Below are positions 7,865 to 16,183 of a stretch of 29,805 nt of DNA, piece by piece. The position numbers and the translations under genes are program-made. Origin of the DNA: Fretibacterium sp. (GTDB lineage: Bacteria > Synergistota > Synergistia > Synergistales > Aminobacteriaceae); assembly GCA_012520235.1 (NCBI GenBank), contig JAAYOR010000013.1, positions 1 to 29,805 on the forward strand, written 5' to 3'. Every line of letters starts with the position of its first letter. Position 1 is the stretch's first letter. The notes below the pieces were generated by a model. The model was not told the DNA's origin. It worked only from the letters and a program-made list of their open reading frames with translations, and made no database searches.

Positions 7865-10669
7865 ATGTGTGAGCAATGCAGGGACTATAAGGACACTCTG
7901 AACCTTCCCGTCACGAACTTTCCCATGAGGGCCAACCTGGCGAAGCGCGAGCCCGATTTTTTGAAGTTCTGGCAGGAGAAGGATATCTATCATAGGTCTG
8001 TGGAGGCCCGGAAGGGCTCGGCGGAGCGTTTTGTGCTGCACGACGGGCCTCCCTATGCCAACGGCAACATCCACATTGGAACCGCCTTCAACAAGATCCT
8101 CAAGGACTTCATCCCCAAGTTCAAGACGATGACGGGCTGTTATGCCCCCTACCTTCCGGGCTGGGACACTCACGGACTTCCCATCGAGCTCCGAGCCCTG
8201 AAGGACGCGGAGATTGCCCGCGAGGAGCTGGACCCTGTGGCGCTGCGCAAGGCCTGCACGGAGACGGCCTTGCATTACCTGGACGTGCAGCGCGAGGAGT
8301 TCAAGCGGCTGGGCGTTTTTGGCGAGTGGGACAGACCTTACATCACTATGGACCCTCTTTTTGAGGCTGACGAGCTCAGGGTTTTTGCGGCCATGGTGGA
8401 GAAGGACCTGGTGATGCGCGGTCTCAAGCCCGTCTACTGGTGCATTGACTGCCAGACAGCTCTGGCCGCGGGCGAGATAGAATATGCGGACGAGGCGTCC
8501 TCCTCCATCTACGTGGCCTATCCCATGCCCCGCGTCGCCGAGGCCTTCCCTCAGCTTGGGGGGCGCGACACGAGCGTGGTCATCTGGACGACGACGCCCT
8601 GGACCCTGCCCGCCAGCCTGGCGGTGGCGTTGCACCCTAACTATGATTATGGGTTCTATGACTGTGGCGGTAAGGTCTATCTTCTGGCCGAAGCCCTGAA
8701 GGAGGCGGTCTTCTCCGCAACCGGCCTGGAGGGTGACCTGCTCTTCACGGTGAAGGGCTCGGAGCTGGAGGGGCTGAAGGCCGTCCACCCCACCTATGAC
8801 GACAAGGATATCCTTATGGTCCTGGCGGACTACATCGTGCTGGACTCCGGCACGGGCTGTGTGCACACGGCGCCTGGACATGGCGTGGAGGACTATGAGA
8901 CGGGCGTCCAGTATGGCATTGAGATCTACAACCCTGTCGACGGTGCAGGCGTTTACTACAAGGACACGCCTCTGGTCGGTGGCATGCCCATCGAAGAGGG
9001 TGGCAAGAAGATAGTGGAGCTCATCGCCGAACGGGGCCGCTTGTTGGGCACCGGCAAGCTCACCCACAGCTACCCTCATTGTTGGCGCTGTAAGAAGCCG
9101 GTGATATTCCGTGCCACGGAGCAATGGTTCATCTCCGTCTCCAAGTTCAGGGACCGGGCTCTTGAGGTCATCGACAACGAGGTGCGTTGGATCCCCGAAT
9201 GGGGCCATGACCGCATCTACAACATGGTCCGGGACAGATCCGACTGGTGCATCAGCCGTCAGAGGGTCTGGGGCGTGCCTCTCCCGGCCCTGCAGTGCAA
9301 TGACTGTGGCGCCCACACCCTTACGCCCGACCGGGTCTACGCTTTTGCGGACAAGGTGGCGGCCTCGCCCGACGGCTGCTCCATCTGGTGGCTAAAGACC
9401 CCTGAGGAGCTCTTCGGCGAGAGGGCGGTCTGTGACGCCTGCGGCTCCCGCAACCTCTCCAAGGACAGCAACATCCTGGACGTCTGGTTCGACTCCGGGA
9501 CGACGCACGCCGGAGTGCTGAACGAGCGCTTTGGCCTGTCGAGCCCCTCGGAGATGTACCTTGAGGGTTCCGACCAGCATCGCGGCTGGTTCCAGTCGTC
9601 GCTGTTGACCTCCGTTGCGGTGAGGGACCATGCTCCTTATAAAAACGTGCTGACCCACGGCTTTATCCTGGACGGCGAGGGGCGTAAGATGTCCAAGTCC
9701 TTGGGTAATGTCGTGTTGCCTCAGGAGATAGTGAACGAGAGCGGTGCGGATATCCTGCGCCTTTGGGTTGCCTCCACAGATTACCGCAATGACGTCCGTA
9801 TTTCCACCGGCATCATCCGTGCTCTCTCCGAGACCTACCGGCGCATTCGTAACACGGCTCGTTTCCTGCTGGGGAACCTGAACGGGTTCAGTCCGGCTGA
9901 GGATGCCCTGCCTTACGCAGAGCTGCTCCCGCTGGACCGCTGGATCTTGGACCAGTTGCACCGGGTCATCGGCAAGACGCACGAGGCTTTTGAGGAATAC
10001 GAGTTCCACATCCCCACGAACGCCATCCACTCCCTGTGCGTCAACGAGCTGAGCGCCTTCTATCTGGACGTCTGCAAAGACCGTCTTTACGTGGAGGCCC
10101 CTGCCTCTCTCACCCGGCGCAGCGCTCAGACCGCCATGTGGGAGGTGCTCTCTGCTCTCACCCGCATGCTGGCCCCGATCCTCAGCTTTACGGCCGAAGA
10201 GATTTGGCAAGAGATGCGGACCATTGATTCCTCCCTGCCCGAGAGCGTCTTCTTGACGGATTTCCCGGAGCGGGATGAGACTCGGATTGACGATGAGCTG
10301 CATGCCCTTTGGGAGGAGGTCTTGAGGCTTCGGGGTGTGGTCAGCCGGCTGCTGGAGAACCTGCGCGCTTCCAAAATAATAGGGACCTCGCTTGAGGCTT
10401 CGGTCCGGGTGAAGCGTGCGGAGAAGCTGGCAGTGCTTGAAAAGGCCTTTTCGCTCCAGGAGCTGGCCGACTTGATGATCGTCTCCAAATTTGAGTGGGC
10501 GGACGATCTCGAGGGCGAGGTCTTCCGAGACGAGGAGACGGAGTTTGAGCTATCGGCCGGGGTTGTCTCGGGCACAAAATGCCCGCGCTGTTGGAAGTAC
10601 TCGGACACCCCCTCTCCTGAGGAGCTTTGTCCGCGCTGCGTCTTGGTCATGAAAGAGCTGGAGGCCTGA
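7865..10669 (+). CDS. ileS: Isoleucine--tRNA ligase (type 1, bacterial, with C-terminal zinc finger)
   Basis: HIGH motif (PYANGNIHIGTAFNKILKD) and KMSKS motif. Its conserved N-terminus is DYKDTLNLPVTNFPMRANL. It has a C-terminal CPRCW...CPRC zinc knuckle. The ORF-track start 7862 is TTG; ATG at 7865 with an upstream AGGGGG is preferred. Confidence 0.95.
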   Translation: MCEQCRDYKDTLNLPVTNFPMRANLAKREPDFLKFWQEKDIYHRSVEARKGSAERFVLHDGPPYANGNIHIGTAFNKILKDFIPKFKTMTGCYAPYLPGWDTHGLPIELRALKDAEIAREELDPVALRKACTETALHYLDVQREEFKRLGVFGEWDRPYITMDPLFEADELRVFAAMVEKDLVMRGLKPVYWCIDCQTALAAGEIEYADEASSSIYVAYPMPRVAEAFPQLGGRDTSVVIWTTTPWTLPASLAVALHPNYDYGFYDCGGKVYLLAEALKEAVFSATGLEGDLLFTVKGSELEGLKAVHPTYDDKDILMVLADYIVLDSGTGCVHTAPGHGVEDYETGVQYGIEIYNPVDGAGVYYKDTPLVGGMPIEEGGKKIVELIAERGRLLGTGKLTHSYPHCWRCKKPVIFRATEQWFISVSKFRDRALEVIDNEVRWIPEWGHDRIYNMVRDRSDWCISRQRVWGVPLPALQCNDCGAHTLTPDRVYAFADKVAASPDGCSIWWLKTPEELFGERAVCDACGSRNLSKDSNILDVWFDSGTTHAGVLNERFGLSSPSEMYLEGSDQHRGWFQSSLLTSVAVRDHAPYKNVLTHGFILDGEGRKMSKSLGNVVLPQEIVNESGADILRLWVASTDYRNDVRISTGIIRALSETYRRIRNTARFLLGNLNGFSPAEDALPYAELLPLDRWILDQLHRVIGKTHEAFEEYEFHIPTNAIHSLCVNELSAFYLDVCKDRLYVEAPASLTRRSAQTAMWEVLSALTRMLAPILSFTAEEIWQEMRTIDSSLPESVFLTDFPERDETRIDDELHALWEEVLRLRGVVSRLLENLRASKIIGTSLEASVRVKRAEKLAVLEKAFSLQELADLMIVSKFEWADDLEGEVFRDEETEFELSAGVVSGTKCPRCWKYSDTPSPEELCPRCVLVMKELEA

Positions 10670-10708
10670 GGGCCCTGCAGCTTTCCGTCAATAAACTCAA
10701 ACTTCGCA

Positions 10709-10732
10709 GATGCCTTAGCGGCATAGCATGTT
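10709..10732. repeat. Palindromic box GATGCCTTAGCGGCATAGCATG (repeat family shared with 4633 and 14853)
   Basis: ATGCC-TTAGC-GGCAT is a perfect palindrome. The same box with small changes occurs 3' of the SPFH-upstream region and 3' of the MCP gene. Confidence 0.5.
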
Positions 10733-10750
10733 GAAACAAGAAAAGACTAT

Positions 10751-10894
10751 CCGCAGATTACGCAGATGGACGCAGATTTTTTGAAAGACTTTTTTAGGCG
10801 GAGCCTTTAATCTTTCAGTCTTTTAATCAAAAGTTTTTAGCATTTAATTTTTTCTTTTCAGTTTTTTAATCTGTGAAATCTGTGCAATCTGCGG
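10751..10894. mobile_element. MITE-like 144-bp intergenic element, copy 1 (heptad-repeat terminal inverted repeats)
   Basis: Left end is CCGCAGATTACGCAGATGGACGCAGATTTTTT. Right end is AATCTGTGAAATCTGTGCAATCTGCGG, the reverse complement of three CGCAGAT-like heptads. The core is AT-rich with internal AAAGAC/GTCTTT inverted repeats. A second copy at 24284..24423 shares the ends and about 80% of the core. No ORF is present. Confidence 0.65.
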
Positions 10895-10961
10895 ATTTAT
10901 TTTCGATTTTTAGTCTGTGCGAAGTTTGTGTGATAAAGCCCGAATTGTTGGAGGCTAAAAA

Positions 10962-11168
10962 ATGACTCGCGCCGCATTGCATGAGTTAGTCGATAAAGTT
11001 AAGGAAAGTGAAGTAGAAATGGTGTTTTTCTTGCTTTCCCGTGTCGTGGGGGAGCCTTCTGTTGAAGAAGTTGAGCCTTTCCCTGATGAGCTCAACGCAA
11101 TAGCGGACTACGAGAGAGAAAAAGCATCAGGAGAAAAATTTTTCTCTCATGAGGAGGCGTGGAGGTAA
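10962..11168 (+). CDS. Small hypothetical protein (68 aa; DUF2281-like or antitoxin-like by pattern only)
   Basis: GGAGG ribosome-binding site 8 nt upstream of ATG. It lies in a local AT-rich island with codon usage unlike its neighbours. N-terminal LHELVDKVKESEVEMVFFLL and the acidic C-terminal ...DELNAIADYEREKASGEKFFSHEEAW resemble small antitoxin/DUF2281-type proteins. No toxin partner lies adjacent. Confidence 0.4.
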   Translation: MTRAALHELVDKVKESEVEMVFFLLSRVVGEPSVEEVEPFPDELNAIADYEREKASGEKFFSHEEAWR

Positions 11169-11274
11169 GACCGGACGTGTTCATGTTGTTAGAACCTTGT
11201 GAAGTTATTTGAGGAAGTGCGTCAAGTGTTTCGTGGGCCTGGAGGTTGGGAGTTTGACTGAGAGAGAACTTGAA

Positions 11275-12207
11275 ATGGATTCAGAAGAAACCCCGGAGCC
11301 TCAGGGAGTAGTGGAGCAGCTGGAGGCGGAGAGCGGAGGGGAAAGGCTGGACGTTTTTCTGGCGCGCCAGTTGGGTCTCTCGCGCTCCTTTGCCCAAAGG
11401 CTTGTGAAGGAGGGGCGCGTCGAGCGCCGGAGGCGCGGGCGACTGAAGCCCTCAACGCTGGTGGAGGTGGGGGATGCGTTCTCTGTGGATCTGCCGCCTC
11501 CTGAGGGGCTGGATCTGGAGCCGGAGCCTGTGGAGTTTGGGGTCGTTTACGAGGACGACTCGCTGATGGTGGTGGACAAGCCCTCCGGGCTCGTCGTGCA
11601 CCCCGCTCCCGGGCATTGGCATGGCACTCTGGTCCACGGTCTTTTATGGCTCCAGCCCGACATGGGGCCGTTCAACAACGTGAGGCGCCCGGGCATCGTC
11701 CACCGCCTGGACGCACCCACGTCGGGGTTGATGGTGGTGGCGCGGCGTCAGGAGATCATGGAGCGCCTTCAGTCAGAGTTCGCTGCCCGGCGGGTGGAGA
11801 AGGAGTATCTGGCTTTGGTTCAAGGTGTCCCCTCTCTGCGCTCTGGGACCCTCTCCGGCCCCATAGCCCGCGACCCGGGTAACCGCCTGAGGATGGCCGT
11901 GGTAGAGGGGGGCCGTGACTCGCTCACCGGCTACCGTGTGCTCTGGAGCCACAGCGGCCTGTCCCTGGTCCTGTGCCAGCTCTTCACGGGGCGTACCCAT
12001 CAGATAAGGGTCCACCTGGCCGCTCTGGGACATCCTATCGTTGGGGATGCCCTCTACGGGGCCAAAAAGACGGCGGGCTTTGACCGGATCTTTCTGCACT
12101 CCTGGCGCTTGGCCTTCAAACACCCTGTGACGGGTGAGCGCTTGTCCTTTCGTTCCCCGCTGCCCGAGGAGCTCAAACGCCTCCTGAAGGGCCTGGAAAA
12201 TTGCTGA
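11275..12207 (+). CDS. rluD: RluA-family 23S rRNA pseudouridine synthase (RluD-like) with N-terminal S4 domain
   Basis: S4-like segment (ERLDVFLARQLGLSRSFAQRLVKEGRV) and catalytic HRLDAPTSGLMVVA motif. The ORF-track start 11209 is TTG with no ribosome-binding site. ATG 11275 is preferred (MDSEETPEP...). Confidence 0.85.
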   Translation: MDSEETPEPQGVVEQLEAESGGERLDVFLARQLGLSRSFAQRLVKEGRVERRRRGRLKPSTLVEVGDAFSVDLPPPEGLDLEPEPVEFGVVYEDDSLMVVDKPSGLVVHPAPGHWHGTLVHGLLWLQPDMGPFNNVRRPGIVHRLDAPTSGLMVVARRQEIMERLQSEFAARRVEKEYLALVQGVPSLRSGTLSGPIARDPGNRLRMAVVEGGRDSLTGYRVLWSHSGLSLVLCQLFTGRTHQIRVHLAALGHPIVGDALYGAKKTAGFDRIFLHSWRLAFKHPVTGERLSFRSPLPEELKRLLKGLENC

Positions 12208-12678
12208 GTAAGAAAAACCGCAACAAAAAAACAAACCCATCAGAAAACTCAAAAAGCTGCCGAGCCCGGCCGGGGTCTTGAGACTCAGAATAAGCTATCT
12301 CCTGGACCCTATCTTGCTTAAACCCTAATTCCCGCTTCCTAAAATATCAAAATATAAATGTCGTCTGCCGATAAAAAGCATAACGGGGGATTTTTTGGTT
12401 GTAATATGCTAAGATGAAAAAAAATTTTATTTGCCTACATTTTTCCTTAGAAAAAGCAGGCGGATTCTGAAGCGCGGCGAAAAACTGATATGGAGGGATA
12501 GCTCAGGTAGGGTATTTAAGAAAAAATAAGTTTTTTAGGTCCTTTCAGGCTGGGAGGTGGGCGATTTTCCGGTTGATTTATCTCACAGGTGGACAACTGG
12601 TGCTGCAGATGGCAACCAAAGGGCTTCTCCCTGCGGGCGCAGTGCATTAGGGTTGTTTTTAGGGGGTTATGAAGAGAG

Positions 12679-14745
12679 ATGACGATCAGAGGGAAATTGA
12701 CTGTGATGGGGGCCGTAGTGCTGGTCCTCATCCTTACGATGGCCGGTTTTACCTATGTCCGGGCGGAATCTATCATGAACGAATTTTTGAACGAGGCGGG
12801 GATAGAGGTGGTGGTCGGTGCTGCAGAAGCCGTGAAGAGGGACTTCTCCAGGATGATCAGCATCACAAACGTGGCGGGAGGGGCACTCCGACAAGCGGTC
12901 ACTGAGGAGGACTTCTCGGACGATGATCTGGAGGACTTTCTCGTCGAGCTGCAGGAGGGGATGGCTAAAGAAGGGGTTATGCAGCTCCTGTTGGGCTACG
13001 AATCCGATGGACGCGTCCGCACCAGCACCCGCTGGAAGACGCCGGAGGGCTATGATGTGCGTACCCGGCCCTGGTATCAAGAAGCTGCCAAAGTTGCTAA
13101 AGGGCAAATTATCCTAACTGAGCCCTACCCTGATTTGGAGACCCAGATCCCTGTCATCACCACAGGGCTGGCTCTCCATGGGGATGGCGGAAAACATCTG
13201 GCAGGTTTGGCCATCGACATGAAGCTGGATGATTTCCAAGAGTTTATCGTGAGTCAGAAGATATTTGGACAGGGCTCCGGCGTCATGGTCGCAAAGAGCG
13301 GGCTTGTAGCCGCTCACGCCAACAAGGACTTTGCCCTCAAGACCAACCTTCTGACGAGCAGCGAGTACCCTGAAGGGCTTCATGCTCTGGCACGTCACAT
13401 GATCAACGGGGAGACGGGCTTTATGGACTACGACTTTCAAGGAGAGACCCGCCGCGTTTTCTACGCTCCTGCCAGCTACGGATTTTCTATCTGCATCTTC
13501 TTCCCCGTGTCCGTGATCTCAGGTATGGTAAGAGGACTCACGGGAGTTCTTCTGCTTATCACCGTTGTGGTCGTGTTGATAGCAGGGGCTCTTATCATTG
13601 CGATCGTGCGGAGCCTGGCTCGGACGATGTGGAACATGAACCGGGTCATGGCCGACCTGAGCTCGGGTAATCTGTCGGTCCGGTTTGACGATCGGGGACG
13701 CGATGAGCTGGCCCATATATCCGGCGCCCTCAACGAGATGTTGGACTCGATCGTGGGTATTTTAAGTGGCATTCGGAACGAGTCTGACAACACCTCCCGC
13801 CAGGCTGAGACTCTGGCGGCCCTCTCCGAGGAGACTCTGGCTTCTATGGAGGAGGTTGGTAATTCTGTTGAGAGCATGCGCCATCTCTTTGACACCGCAG
13901 CTGCTGCGACGGCCGAGACCAACGCCTCCATCTCGGAGATAGCCACGTCCGCTCAGTCCAGTGCCCGCTCCTCCTCGGATGGCGCGGAACAGGCGACGCA
14001 CGTCTCGGATGCTTCCGTGGCCGCTGTGAACGAAGTGGGGCTTGTGCTCTCCGAGCTGAAGGAGGCTCTTGAGAAGTCCGAGCAGGGCCTGGCTCGCATC
14101 CGCGGCTTGGAGCGGGCAGTTGAATCGATCTCCGGCTTTGTTGGCGCCATCACGTCGATAGCAGACCAGACGAACCTGCTGGCGCTGAACGCGGCCATTG
14201 AGGCGGCGCGGGCCGGTGAGGCAGGGCGCGGGTTTGCGGTTGTGGCCGAAGAGGTCCGCAAACTGGCGGAGGACTCCGCTCAGGCGGCCTCTGAGGTCAA
14301 CAAGCTTATCGGAGAGCTGCAAGGGCACTCACAGTCCTCCGTCAAAGCCAGTGAGGAAACGGAGGAGCTTTTGACCAGGACGGCAACTCGTGCGGAGGGC
14401 ACGCAGCAGAAGCTGCAGGGGATGCTCACCGCTATTGAAAGGCTGAGCCAGGCCATCCAAAACATCGCAGCCGTCTCTCAGGAACAGGCTGCGGCCACCA
14501 CGGAGATGGAGACGGCCATGGAAAATGTCACGAAGGCCAGCGAGGAGATGGTTTCCTCCACCGCGGTCATTGAGACCTCCACTGAAGAGACGACGAGGGC
14601 AGCGGAGTCCATTGCGACGGAGGCCCAGGAGATGGCGGAGACGGCGCACACTCTCAGGGGCTTGGTTGAACGCTTCACCTTTGACGACTCAAGTGGCAAA
14701 GCTTTGGCAAAGCACGAAACTGTGACCAAAGGACGAAAAAAGTAA
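12679..14745 (+). CDS. Methyl-accepting chemotaxis protein with periplasmic Cache-type sensor domain
   Basis: AGGGGG ribosome-binding site upstream. Domain order:
- N-terminal transmembrane helix.
- ~260-aa periplasmic domain.
- Second transmembrane helix ([20 protein letters not shown]).
- HAMP domain.
- MCP signalling domain with the highly conserved [34 protein letters not shown]. Confidence 0.9.
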   Translation: MTIRGKLTVMGAVVLVLILTMAGFTYVRAESIMNEFLNEAGIEVVVGAAEAVKRDFSRMISITNVAGGALRQAVTEEDFSDDDLEDFLVELQEGMAKEGVMQLLLGYESDGRVRTSTRWKTPEGYDVRTRPWYQEAAKVAKGQIILTEPYPDLETQIPVITTGLALHGDGGKHLAGLAIDMKLDDFQEFIVSQKIFGQGSGVMVAKSGLVAAHANKDFALKTNLLTSSEYPEGLHALARHMINGETGFMDYDFQGETRRVFYAPASYGFSICIFFPVSVISGMVRGLTGVLLLITVVVVLIAGALIIAIVRSLARTMWNMNRVMADLSSGNLSVRFDDRGRDELAHISGALNEMLDSIVGILSGIRNESDNTSRQAETLAALSEETLASMEEVGNSVESMRHLFDTAAAATAETNASISEIATSAQSSARSSSDGAEQATHVSDASVAAVNEVGLVLSELKEALEKSEQGLARIRGLERAVESISGFVGAITSIADQTNLLALNAAIEAARAGEAGRGFAVVAEEVRKLAEDSAQAASEVNKLIGELQGHSQSSVKASEETEELLTRTATRAEGTQQKLQGMLTAIERLSQAIQNIAAVSQEQAAATTEMETAMENVTKASEEMVSSTAVIETSTEETTRAAESIATEAQEMAETAHTLRGLVERFTFDDSSGKALAKHETVTKGRKK

Positions 14746-14752
14746 AAAAGCT

Positions 14753-14812
14753 CCCTTTAAAAGGGTGGGGTACACAGTGATGACGAGCCCGGCAGCTTAG
14801 CTGCCGGGCTCG
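14753..14812. repeat. 62-bp hairpin repeat 'A', copy 1 (also a likely MCP terminator)
   Basis: CCCTTTAAAAGGGTGGGGTACACAGTGATGACGAGCCCGGCAGC-TTA-GCTGCCGGGCTC, with a perfect 12-bp stem. A near-identical copy at 16060..16128 lies in the same orientation. Confidence 0.6.
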
Positions 14813-14878
14813 CTTATGTCTAAGCGAAGCTCCCACAGCTTCGTCTTCGACTGATGCCTTAATGGCATGGCATGTGGC
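14813..14878. repeat. Repeat module 'B' (CTTATGTCtAAGCGAAGCtCCCACaGCTTCGtCTTCGAC + GATGCCTTAATGGCATGGCATG box)
   Basis: The first part matches 24250..24290 (CGCTTATGTCGAAGCGAAGCCCCCACGGCTTCGGCTTCGACGATG). The second part is the palindromic box shared with 4633 and 10709. Confidence 0.5.
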
Positions 14879-14893
14879 CTTATCTCAAATCGA

Positions 14894-15904
14894 CTACATC
14901 AGGGCGGCGGTCCATTGCCTTAAGATATCGGGATATTCGATGACGCTTGAGTTGATGTAAACGGGAAGGTGAAATATCTGGAGATTCTTGATCGCCTTCA
15001 CCTCCGCAAGCTTCGCTTCTTTTTCGCCAAATTCGGAGAGCGCCTTTTGTACCGCATAGGCGTTTCCCGTGACGACGATCACGTCAGGGTCTGCTGCTAG
15101 GATGGGGGTAAGAACAGGGCCCTCCTTGGTCTTCCTCACCGGATAATAGCCCTTTTGTACTTTCCCATCCGACGGTTTGAAGGCGTCGCCCACGTTCACA
15201 CAGCCCAGAGGAGCAAGCAAGTATTGATCGCTGTAGAGCCCCGGGGCCTCAACCCTAAGGGAAAGCTTGCCGCTGTCCTTTCCATAAACGCCGTTGAGGA
15301 TCAAGACCTTTTTGCCAAGTTTCTCCTTGGGCAAACCCGCTTGAGCCTTTTCCAAGTTCTCCTTGTAGCGTGCTATGAGCGCTTCCCCTCTATCCTTGCA
15401 GCCCAGAAGCTTGGCTGTTTGGGTGATAGCGGGCTCTATTCCTCCAGAGAAATCTACGTACTCTATCTCGACGTCACTGTCCTTCAGCAGCTCCACCACG
15501 TTCATTGGGTTCACCTTTTTTTGGTAAAGGCAAAAGCCCTCCCCCTTCTCTACGATCACCCTCTTAATTCCAAAATTTTTCACCGCATCCGGCACAGCTT
15601 GCTTGTTCATCATCGTGACGTTATTGGGGCAGCCCAAAACATGGGAGGCCGTCCTCAGCATGGGGCACATTTCCCAAATTGAGCAGCGCACCGACATGGC
15701 CTTGGGCAGAACCCGCATGTTATAGGCGATGTCAACGACCTTGTCGCCCACAATGATGACGTCTTGAATCTCAGGCGCTGGCTGCTTGGGCTTAGCCCAA
15801 GCGGGGGCAAGAACAAGCCCCAAAAAAAGGACGGTGAAGGAAATCAGTTTGAAAGACAAAACAACCGCGCGACGCACAAAAGAATCTCTTTTCACCATAA
15901 CCAT
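14894..15904 (-). CDS. Orphan ABC-transporter substrate-binding protein, class III (Peripla_BP_2 / TroA-like; iron-siderophore, heme or cobalamin type)
   Basis: Signal peptide MVMVKRDSFVRRAVVLSFKLISFTVLFLGLVLAPAWA. AGGAGG ribosome-binding site 4 nt upstream of the internal ATG MVMVKRD (about 15904); the track start 15940 is TTG. The fold pattern is that of FecB/BtuF-like substrate-binding proteins (DVIIVGDKVVDIAYNM..., KKVLILNGVYG, DPDVIVVTGNA). No permease or ATPase genes are adjacent. It has an unusual Cys-rich stretch CSIWEMCPMLRTASHVLGCPNN. Confidence 0.65.
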   Translation of the reverse strand: MVMVKRDSFVRRAVVLSFKLISFTVLFLGLVLAPAWAKPKQPAPEIQDVIIVGDKVVDIAYNMRVLPKAMSVRCSIWEMCPMLRTASHVLGCPNNVTMMNKQAVPDAVKNFGIKRVIVEKGEGFCLYQKKVNPMNVVELLKDSDVEIEYVDFSGGIEPAITQTAKLLGCKDRGEALIARYKENLEKAQAGLPKEKLGKKVLILNGVYGKDSGKLSLRVEAPGLYSDQYLLAPLGCVNVGDAFKPSDGKVQKGYYPVRKTKEGPVLTPILAADPDVIVVTGNAYAVQKALSEFGEKEAKLAEVKAIKNLQIFHLPVYINSSVIEYPDILRQWTAALM

Positions 15905-16059
15905 CTTACCTCCTAGTTTTCTCTGTGCTATCGAATACAAAATTGAAGAACCGAGTTTTATTATATAGTTAGTCTACTAAAACTGCAACCACGGTTCTCG
16001 GGAGTGAGGCAGAAGAGCATTGGCATTTTGTGTCTTGACAGAGGGGCACAGTGTAAAGA

Positions 16060-16128
16060 CCCCTTTAAAAGGGTAGGGTACACAGTGAGGATGAGCCCGT
16101 CAGCTTAGCTGCCGGGCTTGTTTTATGG
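16060..16128. repeat. 62-bp hairpin repeat 'A', copy 2 (direct repeat of 14753..14812)
   Basis: CCCCTTTAAAAGGGTAGGGTACACAGTGAGGATGAGCCCGTCAGC-TTA-GCTGCCGGGCTTGTTTTATGG. It is ~90% identical to copy 1 and in the same orientation, followed by a T-run. Confidence 0.6.
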
Positions 16129-16183
16129 AACGATGGTGGTGACAGAAAACTTTACGGTTTGGGACTTTGAGAGATAGTTTGAT

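Noticed and set aside
10751-10894. Tandem CGCAGAT heptads considered as a possible CRISPR array or short tandem repeat locus
   Set aside because: There are only three heptads per end, arranged as inverted terminal repeats around a unique AT-rich core. There are no regularly spaced repeat-spacer units and no cas genes in the window.
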